Of a stretch of DNA of 32,000 nt, positions 24,701-31,608 are shown piece by piece (within the stretch, counting starts at the first letter, position 1; every line of letters begins with the position of its first letter). The stretch spans positions 3,208,024-3,240,023 of the forward strand of contig NC_019689.1 of the NCBI RefSeq assembly GCF_000317025.1, given 5' to 3'. Origin of the DNA: Pleurocapsa sp. PCC 7327 (GTDB lineage Bacteria; Cyanobacteriota; Cyanobacteriia; Cyanobacteriales; Microcystaceae). Below the pieces are notes generated by a model. The model ran no database searches. It saw nothing but the letters and a program-made list of their open reading frames with translations, and was not told the DNA's origin. The translations under genes were made by a program, and so were the position numbers.

Positions 24701-24960
24701 CGCCTATTAATGCTTTGGATGGCGTTGTCATCGGCAGTAGTGCTTTCCTACCCTTTGTGGTGAATGAAACAACTAAGAAAGAACAACAAGAGAATAGAGC
24801 AACACTAAAGCAGGAAAGCTCGGAAGCGAGAGGAGATATTGTGGGGAGTGTGGGAAGAACTGGGAGTGTGGGAGGACTCCCAGATAAGGAAGAGACAAAA
24901 AAGGCAAAAAAGACAAAAAAGACAAAAAGACAAAAAAAGAAAAAAGACAAGGGAGACTAG
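21766..24960 (+). CDS. P2-type (SERCA/PacL-like) cation-transporting P-type ATPase with an HMA-like N-terminal extension and a Lys-rich tail
   Basis: TGES, PEGLP (AVAAVPEGLPTV), DKTGTITTN, MITGD, TGDGINDAPALK and LLWLNLVTD are present. About 130 extra N-terminal residues (RARFKVRGLYRSDELKKYLESRL...GHIIVRFDPE) have no CxxC. The C-terminus is KEETKKAKKTKKTKRQKKKKDKGD. Confidence 0.9.
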   Translation: MNNRACASPVTKHPMVLALHTAVQGRARFKVRGLYRSDELKKYLESRLSSKKGINFVSARPATGHIIVRFDPECSYKAIAQAIEKLVLDYRNQKAEVGNRNSEFGIRKPEVNILLPVSPSPRLPAEPWHLKDAGAIVAELETSAEVGLASRAAREKLQRYGANVLSETPPRSGLSILLDYFKSVPVALLAAAAGLSLVTGGVADAVVIMGVVALNAALGYATESQSERIIHSLKHLVKPSAFVIRDGNLVEISAQEIVPGDILVLKPGSYVPADARLIEADRLSVDESALTGESIPVTKTPETLARPDAPLAERTNMVYMGTIVTGGQGLAVVVATGQNTEMGTIQTLVGETIVPQTPMEKQLDRAGSQLVLASSAVCGIVFGIGLLRGYGTLQMLKTSISLAVAAVPEGLPTVATTTLALGINNMRKHHVLIRRLDAVEALGSIQTICLDKTGTITTNQMSVVELYVDGQSIQRSDGKFLVGEEEIDPYTSDNLTKLMLVSVLCNDSEANSDENGFYVLNGSSTENALLQMAIDAGTNAISLREKYPRLETSHRSENHNFMTTVHLNEHHKFIAVKGNPTEVIDLCSWQIKNGKKVPLSEADKLSIEAENERMAGKALRVLAAAYMETDLEDNNGNLPEDLIWLGLIGMADPIRHGVKDLMGNFHQAGIDTIMITGDQSPTAYAIGKELNLSRGEQLQILDSTHLIEIDPEVTKGLCQRVHVFARISPSHKLQVVQALQQAGRVVAMTGDGINDAPALKAAEVGIAMGHTGTDVAREVADVVIEDDNLETMIIAVSQGRTIYNNIRKSVHFLLSTNTSEILVMLFATVGGLGQPLNAMQLLWLNLVTDIFPGLGLALEQPEPDVLSQPPRPPEEPILKQSDFKRITAESVTLSASVLGSYIYGILRYGIGSQASTIAFMSMVAAQLMHALSCRSEKHRVWSKTKLPPNRYLGAALGGSFALQSLCFIIPGLRSLLKLAPINALDGVVIGSSAFLPFVVNETTKKEQQENRATLKQESSEARGDIVGSVGRTGSVGGLPDKEETKKAKKTKKTKRQKKKKDKGD
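22055..22096 (+). repeat. Six tandem heptamers (tcggaaa tcggaat tcggaat tcggaat tcggaag ccggaag) inside the ATPase CDS
   Basis: Read directly from the sequence. 42 bp equals 14 codons, encoding (E)VGNRNSEFGIRKPE(V) between the N-terminal extension and the Cation_ATPase_N region. Confidence 0.9.
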
Positions 24961-25066
24961 GAGACAAAGGGACAGGGAAACTAGGAGACGGGAGTGCGGG
25001 GGGAGTGTGGGAGATGTGAGGAGAAACGGGAGCTTCTGGAGGCAGGGGAGAAGAGAAACAAGACCA
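24776..25066 (+). repeat. Polypurine (A/G-rich) low-complexity tract with internal short repeats
   Basis: The plus strand is overwhelmingly purine by eye. gggagtgtggga occurs 3 times, agacaaaaaag-type units about 4 times and ctaggagac twice. ORFs are open in several frames on both strands (track entries 24486-25081). Confidence 0.8.
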
Positions 25067-25095
25067 ACCACTAACTACTAACTACTATCCACTAA

Positions 25096-25238
25096 TATCA
25101 AATCCGGATGAATGACCACAATAACCAGTAGTGCGAAAGATCCTTCGCTATCCCCTTCGCTATCGCTGGGGGCTTCTCATCTTGGTCGCGAGCGGGACAC
25201 TCGCACTACACATTATGACTAATTAAACGGATTTGATA
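25096..25238 (+). mobile_element. MITE-like element, copy 1 (143 bp; perfect 11-bp TIR tatcaaatccg; flanked by TAA on both sides)
   Basis: The left end tatcaaatccg (25096-25106) is the exact reverse complement of the right end cggatttgata (25228-25238). TAA lies at 25093-25095 and 25239-25241. It is homologous to 26598-26718. Confidence 0.7.
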
Positions 25239-25273
25239 TAACAATCCAAAATCCTTTCATCCAATGAAGAACT

Positions 25274-26497
25274 ATGAAACAAGACTTTATGTTCACCTCC
25301 GAATCGGTAACCGAGGGACACCCGGATAAACTGTGCGATCGCATTAGCGACGCGATCGTTGATAATTTTCTGCGCAAAGATCCCTATTCGCGGGTAGTTA
25401 CGGAGTGCGCGGTCGCTACCTCGATCATTTTTATTGCGGCTCGGTTTGATTCCGATGCGATCGTAGACTTTACTAAAATTGCTAGAAAGGTCATCAAACA
25501 AGTCGGTTACGATCAGCCTGATTTCAGCGCGAAAACCTGTAGCATCCTAACTAGCCTCAAAGAGTTACCGCCGAGTCAATACCGCTATTTCGACGAAAAA
25601 AAACTCTCGGATGAGGAGATCGATCGCATTACAGTCAAAAATCAGGCAACCGTTTTCGGGTTTGCTTGCAATCAAACGTCTGCCTTGATGCCGCTTCCGA
25701 TTTGGCTGGCACACAAATTGGCAAAGCGATTGACCGCCGTCAGATGCCAAAATATCCTTCCCTATCTCACGCCGGATGGAAAAACTCAGGTAGGGATTGA
25801 ATACCGCGATCGCAAACCACATCGCATCCACAGCATCACTGTCATTGCCAGTCAGAACCAACCCTTTAACTCCCAAGGGCCCGATCTCAAAACCCTGCAA
25901 GACGATATTCGAGCAGCCGTCATCGACCCAGTTTTTGAGAACGAAGAAATTCAGCCAGACGACCAAACCAAAATCTTTATCAACCCCGACGGATCGCTAA
26001 TTATCGGGGGTCCTGCTGCTCATTCCGGGCTAACGGGTAGAAAAAATGCGATCGATACCTACGGCGAATATTCGCGGCACAGTGGCGCAGCCCTCAGCGG
26101 CAAAGATCCGACGCGCATCGATCGCATCGGCGCTTATGCCGCTCGTTATGCTGCCAAAAATGTCGTAGCAGCAGGACTGGCTGACGAATGCGAAGTGCAG
26201 CTTAGCTATTCGATCGGGCTTGCCCATCCCGTCAGCGTCCAAGTAGAAACTTTTGGAACGGGAAAAATTTCCGATCGAGAAATTACGATGCTGCTAGAGA
26301 AGTGTTTCGATTTCCGACTGGCTGGCATTATCAAACGGTTTAATCTCAGGACGTTGCCCGCAGCGATCGAAGGCGGATTCTATCGACAGCTAGCCGCTTA
26401 CGGTCACGTCGGTAGAATCGATCTGGGGTTTATTCCCTGGGAGGAAACCGATAAGGTTCCAGTTTTACAGGAGTCGATCTCAAGTCCGGTTGGGTGA
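25274..26497 (+). CDS. metK: S-adenosylmethionine synthetase homologue (MetK-like, divergent in conserved motifs)
   Basis: FTSESVTEGHPDK, GLTGRK..IDTYG, SGKDPT.IDR.GAYAARY.AKN.VAAGLA and AAYGH.GR are conserved. The GAGDQG motif reads VKNQAT, G.GD.G reads AAHSG and HGGGAFSGKD reads HSGAALSGKD. Confidence 0.8.
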   Translation: MKQDFMFTSESVTEGHPDKLCDRISDAIVDNFLRKDPYSRVVTECAVATSIIFIAARFDSDAIVDFTKIARKVIKQVGYDQPDFSAKTCSILTSLKELPPSQYRYFDEKKLSDEEIDRITVKNQATVFGFACNQTSALMPLPIWLAHKLAKRLTAVRCQNILPYLTPDGKTQVGIEYRDRKPHRIHSITVIASQNQPFNSQGPDLKTLQDDIRAAVIDPVFENEEIQPDDQTKIFINPDGSLIIGGPAAHSGLTGRKNAIDTYGEYSRHSGAALSGKDPTRIDRIGAYAARYAAKNVVAAGLADECEVQLSYSIGLAHPVSVQVETFGTGKISDREITMLLEKCFDFRLAGIIKRFNLRTLPAAIEGGFYRQLAAYGHVGRIDLGFIPWEETDKVPVLQESISSPVG

Positions 26498-26597
26498 CTA
26501 AAACAATTCGCAATTCTCAAATCTTGCACCTATGCTTCACCCGACAAGGGAATTCATTCTCTTGCTCGATCGCGAAAGTCCTCGCCTATGGGGCTAA

Positions 26598-26718
26598 TAT
26601 CAAATCCGGTTGAACAAACACAATAACAAGTAGTACGAGCCTCTTGCTCGCGAGCGAGACGTATGCGCTTACGCGCACGCTATACATAAATATTAAGGTC
26701 AATTAAACAGATTTAAAA
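26598..26718 (+). mobile_element. MITE-like element, copy 2 (121 bp, degenerate right TIR, same orientation, flanked by TAA)
   Basis: The first about 45 nt match copy 1 at about 38 positions. The internal tcttgctcgcgagcgagac and terminal caattaaacagatttaaaa also align to copy 1. TAA lies at 26595-26597 and 26719-26721. Confidence 0.65.
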
Positions 26719-26774
26719 TAAATGATTATTAGATAAGACTTTCAGTCCATTTTAATGATGGACTTATGCTGTTA

Positions 26775-26796
26775 GCCAAGAAATTGATTTCTTGGC
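26775..26796. repeat. Perfect 10-bp-stem hairpin gccaagaaat-tg-atttcttggc
   Basis: Read directly. It is related to the hairpin at 31587-31608 by two compensatory base-pair changes. Confidence 0.8.
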
Positions 26797-26898
26797 GAGA
26801 TTTTAATGTTTACTAGTTATGATGCAAGATATAAGAATTTGCAATTAAAGAGAGTCCTCGCCACTGATTGTAATTGCGAATTAGTGCGATCGGAAAAC

Positions 26899-27990
26899 CT
26901 AAAAGTTTAAAGGCAAGCGCACGGTAAAAATACTTCCTCGATCCAATTCGGATTGAACTTCAATTGTACCGTGATGTCCTTGGACGATCTGCTGGCACAA
27001 ATGCAATCCCAATCCGTGACCGAAACGCTTGTGAGTTCCCTGACGAAACCGCTCGAAAATTGTCTGTCGATCGTCGGGAGCAATTCCGATACCCGTATCC
27101 CGAACTTCGATCGCCACCCAATCGGATGTTTTTCCGTCCGCTTGAGATGATAGGTTCGAACGAACTTCCACAAACCCGGTATCGGTGAATTTGATCGCAT
27201 TGCCGATCAAGTTAGTCAGTACTCGCCGTAACTCCAGGCGATCGCCTCTTATCTCTCGTGCGTCTACTGCCAAGTTCATTCGTAATTCCAGTCCTTTTGC
27301 CTCTGCCAAAGGAGTTAATTGTGCTACAACTTCTTCAATTAATTCCGCTAAATTGAAATTGATAAAGCTGAGCGTCTTCTCCCCAACTTCATAGTGATGG
27401 ACTTCTAGCAGGGTATTTAACATCTCTAGCAAGTTTTGATTATTGCTGATGATATTCTCAAGTGCTTTTTTAAGTTCTGGCGAAGCTTCTCCAAAGACTC
27501 CTCGCAAAATTAAGTGCAGCATTCGATCGGCGGCGACTAAAGGCGTTCGCAGATCGTGGGTGAGACAGCGAACGAAGTTCTCTCGCTGGTCGATGGAATA
27601 TTTGAGGCGCAAAAGCGATCGCACCCTCGCTTGCAGTTCGTCGATTTGAAAGGGTTTGCGGATAAACTCATCTGCTCCTGAGTCTAAACCCTGCACTACA
27701 CTCGATTGCTCGTGCGCTGTAATCAACAAAATCGGGATATAGGGTAAATTAGAATTCGCTCGGATGCGTCGCGTTACTTCATAGCCATCCATTTTTGGCA
27801 TCATTACGTCGAGCAACACGAGATCGGGAGGCGATTTTTCAATTTGTTCTAGAGCCATAGAACCATCGCCAACCAATACGACATTGTATCCTTCCTGTTC
27901 TAGTGCCAATTTAATCAGGAATAGATTGTCGGGAATGTCATCGACAGCGAGGATATAGTTAGTAGTTTTTGGAATGGGAACGACGGACAT
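26899..27990 (-). CDS. Hybrid REC-HisKA-HATPase histidine kinase (no sensor or TM domain)
   Basis: REC (ILAVDDIPDN...LLDVMMPKMDG...K), H-box LTHDLRTPL, N-box LIGNAIKFT, DTGIGI and GHGLGLHL are present. I prefer the ATG at 27990 (MSVVPIPK...) to the TTG at 28008 given in the track. Confidence 0.88.
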   Translation of the reverse strand: MSVVPIPKTTNYILAVDDIPDNLFLIKLALEQEGYNVVLVGDGSMALEQIEKSPPDLVLLDVMMPKMDGYEVTRRIRANSNLPYIPILLITAHEQSSVVQGLDSGADEFIRKPFQIDELQARVRSLLRLKYSIDQRENFVRCLTHDLRTPLVAADRMLHLILRGVFGEASPELKKALENIISNNQNLLEMLNTLLEVHHYEVGEKTLSFINFNLAELIEEVVAQLTPLAEAKGLELRMNLAVDAREIRGDRLELRRVLTNLIGNAIKFTDTGFVEVRSNLSSQADGKTSDWVAIEVRDTGIGIAPDDRQTIFERFRQGTHKRFGHGLGLHLCQQIVQGHHGTIEVQSELDRGSIFTVRLPLNF

Positions 27991-28022
27991 ACAAAAATAA
28001 AAATTCAAAAAATTTCTTTTAA

Positions 28023-29228
28023 TTACGTTTCGACCTGACGCGGAAATTCTACTTGGAATGCCGACCCTTTACCAACCTGGCTTTCAACGGCAATCGTTCC
28101 TTGCATCATCTTAACCAAAGAATTGGTAATTGCCAGCCCCAAGCCGCTGCCCCCGTGTTGGCGAGCCAGGCTGCCATCGACTTGTCGGAAAGCTTCAAAG
28201 ATTGCTTCTAAGTACTCGCTCGCAATTCCTATGCCCGTATCTCTCACTGCGATCGCAACTCGGTCGGGATTTAATTCCCAGACTTTCACCCAAATGCTAC
28301 CGGAGTCGGTAAACTTGATGGCATTGGAGAGAAGGTTGATCAAGATTCGCCGCAGACTATTTTGGTCGTTGACGACGAGAGGATTTTTTAAGTCTAGATC
28401 GACTTGTAGGCTGAGTTGTTTTTGCATGGCGAGGGAACGAAGTTCTTCCACAGTAATCTGCACTAATATAGCCAGGTTAAATTCTTCTGGATTGAGCGTT
28501 AATTGACCGGATTCAAGTTTAGAAAAATCGAGAACTTCATTGAGCAGAATGAGTAGGTTTTGACTGTTGTTAATGATGCGCTGTACGATTTCAGTTTGCT
28601 GTGGCGTAAGCGGATCTGGGTACTGGCGCAACAAAATTTGCGAGAATCCCATTATGGCATTGAGGGGGGTACGTAATTCGTGGGACATGGTTGCCAAAAA
28701 TTGGGATTTGAGGCGATAGGCTTCTTGCAGTTGCAAGTTCTGTAACTGAATTTGTTGCCGTTGCTTTTCCAATTCTTGATTCTGATGCTGGAGAAGTGCA
28801 TTACTTTCTTTGAGCTGTTGGTTTGCTAGTTCTGCTGCTTTTTGCGCGCGATCGACGCGAATAGCATTGCGGAGAGTCTGAGCGAGCGTTTCTGGGGATA
28901 CTCTGGTTTTGGAGAGATAATCAGAAGCCCCTGCTTTCATCATCTCAACGGCAATTTGCTCGTCTCCCTGACCCGTCAGGACGATGGTGGGAACTTTCAC
29001 CCCTATTGAGTATAATTCCTTAATTAACCCCAGTCCATCGCGATCGGGTAAAAGATAGTCTAGGAATATACAATCAAAGTGGGTATTTTGGAGTAGAGCG
29101 ATCGCGTCCCGGGCATCGCCAGCTTCGGATAATTCCATTCTTATGCCTGCTTTTTGGAGCGAGCGGCGTAGTGCTAAGCGATCTACTCGATCGTCATCTA
29201 CAATTAAGATTTTGAGTGTATCCTTCAT
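28023..29228 (-). CDS. Hybrid REC-coiled coil-HisKA-HATPase histidine kinase (no sensor or TM domain)
   Basis: REC (ILIVDDDRVD...FLDYLLPDRDG...K), a Gln-rich coiled coil, H-box MSHELRTPLNAI, LLSNAIKFT, DTGIGI and GGSGLGLAI are present. Confidence 0.9.
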   Translation of the reverse strand: MKDTLKILIVDDDRVDRLALRRSLQKAGIRMELSEAGDARDAIALLQNTHFDCIFLDYLLPDRDGLGLIKELYSIGVKVPTIVLTGQGDEQIAVEMMKAGASDYLSKTRVSPETLAQTLRNAIRVDRAQKAAELANQQLKESNALLQHQNQELEKQRQQIQLQNLQLQEAYRLKSQFLATMSHELRTPLNAIMGFSQILLRQYPDPLTPQQTEIVQRIINNSQNLLILLNEVLDFSKLESGQLTLNPEEFNLAILVQITVEELRSLAMQKQLSLQVDLDLKNPLVVNDQNSLRRILINLLSNAIKFTDSGSIWVKVWELNPDRVAIAVRDTGIGIASEYLEAIFEAFRQVDGSLARQHGGSGLGLAITNSLVKMMQGTIAVESQVGKGSAFQVEFPRQVET

Positions 29229-29234
29229 TCCTGC

Positions 29235-29666
29235 TCACGGCATTTCACACAGCATCCAATACTTATTTAGAGCCGATACGACCTCTATAAATTTAGAAAA
29301 CGTAACGGGTTTGAGAATATAGCCTGCCACACTCAAGTTGTAGGCTTCTAACTTATCTCTGTCTTCATCAGAGGTTGTCAAAACAATTACTGGTATCGCC
29401 TTCAGTTGAGGGTCAGCTCGCAGCTCATGGAGGAATTCCAACCCATTCATTTGAGGCATATTGAGATCTAGCAGAATGAGACGGCGTTTTGGAGGAACCA
29501 CCGGAGGTTCTCCATCTTGGGAGCGCAACATTGCCAAAGCCTTTAATCCGTTCTCGGCTATGTAAAGGGGATTGGCGATCTGGTTTTTTTTAAATGCTCG
29601 CCGGACGTTCATCACGTCAACTTCGTCGTCTTCTACTAGCAAAATGTTAATCGTTCTATCCTCCAT
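29235..29666 (-). CDS. Single-domain response regulator, Rcp1/CheY-like
   Basis: ILLVEDDEVDV, LILLDLNMPQMNGLEFL, IPVIVLTTS and YILKP are present. The overall pattern matches phytochrome-associated Rcp1-type receivers. It lies 6 nt upstream of the next gene. Confidence 0.9.
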   Translation of the reverse strand: MEDRTINILLVEDDEVDVMNVRRAFKKNQIANPLYIAENGLKALAMLRSQDGEPPVVPPKRRLILLDLNMPQMNGLEFLHELRADPQLKAIPVIVLTTSDEDRDKLEAYNLSVAGYILKPVTFSKFIEVVSALNKYWMLCEMP

Positions 29667-30234
29667 TCATTTGCCGCCATTGCGTTACCGTTTGTTTTTA
29701 TTTAACCACGGTAACAGTTACGGCATAATCGTCAATAATGCTAAAGCATTCTTTACTTAAATGTCTTCAGCTATTGGTACAAATTACTACAACTAGCTAT
29801 CTATGTCTTAAGTTAGAAATTGACGCTTTTAGTCATGGTCTATCATCTCGTTTGAATCCTTATCATTAAAGTTAGTTTTGGGAAATTAGAAGGGAAAGCG
29901 CGATCGCTCCAAGTCTATTTGAAAACCGATAGTTACGCTGCCACAGCGTCAGCCGGTCGGAGCAGTCGGTTCTTGTCTCGAACTAAATATTGCGAGATAT
30001 TATTCTGCTAGTTTTTTTTGGCTTAGCTCTGCCTTACAATAGATAGGCGTTACATGATTTTTCATTTTTTCTGAAACATCAAAACAAACGCATCTGCCAA
30101 AAGAATTTCTTAAGGCTCAGCCCGTCTCTTACTTTTGATAGATGAAATTAACCAAATCGATCTTTCACGATGATAAAAGCATTGTCTGTCGGAAGTAATA
30201 ACACTTTGATTTTTAGCAGCTAATAAGTTTAGTA

Positions 30235-30969
30235 ATGAGTGAAATTCGCGTTGTTATCATCGAAGACCACGATCTAAGCCGGATCGGTTTAAGTGCTGCT
30301 TTGCAGCAAGTTGAAGATATTAAAGTTGTTGGCGAGGCAGCCAATGGTCGTCAAGGGCTACAAATTCTAGCAACAACCAAGCCGGATGTCGCGGTAGTCG
30401 ATATCGGGTTGCCGGATATCGATGGGATCGCAGTGACGCAGCGGCTCAAGCAGTCTCAGGACAATGCTGACGCAGCGCGAACCAAAGTTCTCATCTTGAC
30501 AATGCACAAAAGCGAGAACTCTGTCATGGCGGCTTTTGCAGCTGGCGCCGACTCATACAGTCTCAAGGATGTGAGTTTGGAGAATCTGGTACGAGCGATT
30601 CGGACGACAAATGAAGGGAATGCCTGGATCGATCCAACGATTGCCCGTATCGTTCTCAAGCAAACTCGACAGCCCATTCCTAACGAGCCTCCCAAAACCG
30701 TCGAGGAGCGATCGCTGGCAAATACAAGAACGATTAGCTCTCTAGATACAGAAGCTCAGCAGATGATCGAAACTTATCCCTTGACCGATCGAGAACTGGA
30801 AGTTTTAGAGCTAATTGTTGCTGGTTGTAATAACCTGCAAATCGCCGAAAAGCTGTACATTACCGTCGGCACGGTTAAGACTCACGTCCGCAACATTCTT
30901 AACAAGCTATGTGCTGACGATCGCACCCAAGCAGCAGTCCGCGCCCTGCGCTCTGGTTTAGTAGAATAA
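30235..30969 (+). CDS. NarL/FixJ-family response regulator (REC plus LuxR-type HTH) with a long linker
   Basis: REC (VVIIEDHDL...VVDIGLPDIDG...K) and a C-terminal LTDRELEVLELIVAGCNNLQIAEKLYITVGTVKTHVRNILNKL. The linker is about 50 aa. Confidence 0.9.
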   Translation: MSEIRVVIIEDHDLSRIGLSAALQQVEDIKVVGEAANGRQGLQILATTKPDVAVVDIGLPDIDGIAVTQRLKQSQDNADAARTKVLILTMHKSENSVMAAFAAGADSYSLKDVSLENLVRAIRTTNEGNAWIDPTIARIVLKQTRQPIPNEPPKTVEERSLANTRTISSLDTEAQQMIETYPLTDRELEVLELIVAGCNNLQIAEKLYITVGTVKTHVRNILNKLCADDRTQAAVRALRSGLVE

Positions 30970-31025
30970 ATAATTAACGTTGTTAGATTTATTTTTCTTT
31001 CCTAAAAAACATTTCACAGATGAAA

Positions 31026-31058
31026 GCCGCTCTTAATTTTTACGAATCTATGAGCGGC
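31026..31058 (+). terminator. Candidate intrinsic terminator between the convergent NarL-type regulator and csbD genes
   Basis: A 7-bp stem gccgctc/gagcggc with a 19-nt loop, followed by gttttgctt. The loop is long, so support is modest. Confidence 0.35.
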
Positions 31059-31101
31059 GTTTTGCTTCTATTCAGTTCCTCGATCGAAAATTTAAAAGGC
31101 T

Positions 31102-31284
31102 TTAGTCAAGCGATTTTTTAACTTCGTCTTTAATGTTTTCTACGGAGTGCCTAGCTGCTGCTTCGGCTTGCTTAGCTTTTCCCTCAGCTTTATCTTTAGG
31201 ATCGCCCGTAACTTCTCCTACCGTTTCTTGAACTTTCCCTTCAACATTTTTAAGAGTTGCTTCAACTCTATTTTCGGTACTCAT
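31102..31284 (-). CDS. csbD: CsbD-family stress protein
   Basis: 60 aa. ...LKNVEGKVQETVGEVTGDPKDKAEGKAKQAEAAARHSVENIKDEVKK is the CsbD pattern. AAGGAG SD. A TATAAT (complement of 31329-31334) lies about 45 nt upstream. Confidence 0.85.
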   Translation of the reverse strand: MSTENRVEATLKNVEGKVQETVGEVTGDPKDKAEGKAKQAEAAARHSVENIKDEVKKSLD

Positions 31285-31473
31285 GTGAATAACTCCTTTT
31301 TTTTATTAGTTATTTTTTGTTTTTGACAATTATAAAAATAAATGGTAATGCGAAAGTAAATCTTCCAACTAAAGGAATAAGATTAATAAAATAAGAATCT
31401 TTCTAAAGAGATAAAGTTACAGAAGTTGCTATACTGAGACCCGCACCCTGGTTGAGTGACAGAACTCAAATCG

Positions 31474-31570
31474 CCCTCACCCCAACCCCTCTCCCACTCT
31501 AGGAGAGGGGCTTTCAACCTAAGACTTTTGCCTGAAGTCCCTTCACCCCTTATGGGAGAAGGGATTTAGG
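31474..31570. repeat. Cyanobacterial dispersed-repeat-type sequence with two C/G-rich hairpins
   Basis: cccctctcc-cactcta-ggagagggg (31486-31510) is a perfect 9-bp stem. cccttcaccc-cttat-gggagaaggg (31539-31563) is a 10-bp stem with one mismatch. CCCTCACCCCAACCCCTCTCC-type sequences are a familiar repeat class in cyanobacterial genomes. Confidence 0.6.
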
Positions 31571-31586
31571 GATAAAGGGACGGTAA

Positions 31587-31608
31587 GTCAGGAAATTCAT
31601 TTCCTGAC
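31587..31608. repeat. Perfect 10-bp-stem hairpin gtcaggaaat-tc-atttcctgac
   Basis: Read directly. It belongs to the same family as the hairpin at 26775-26796. Confidence 0.8.

Noticed and set aside
24486-25081. Four overlapping track ORFs (24486-24950 -, 24773-24967 -, 24805-25071 -, 24839-25081 +).
   Set aside because: They are artefacts of the stop-free polypurine/polypyrimidine tract. The translations are monotonous (FFFCLFVFFVFF..., KRQKRQKRQK...) and they overlap the ATPase CDS.
25223-25501. A 92-aa minus-strand ORF spanning the metK start and the MITE end.
   Set aside because: It is antisense to the highly conserved N-terminus of MetK and begins inside a mobile-element remnant.
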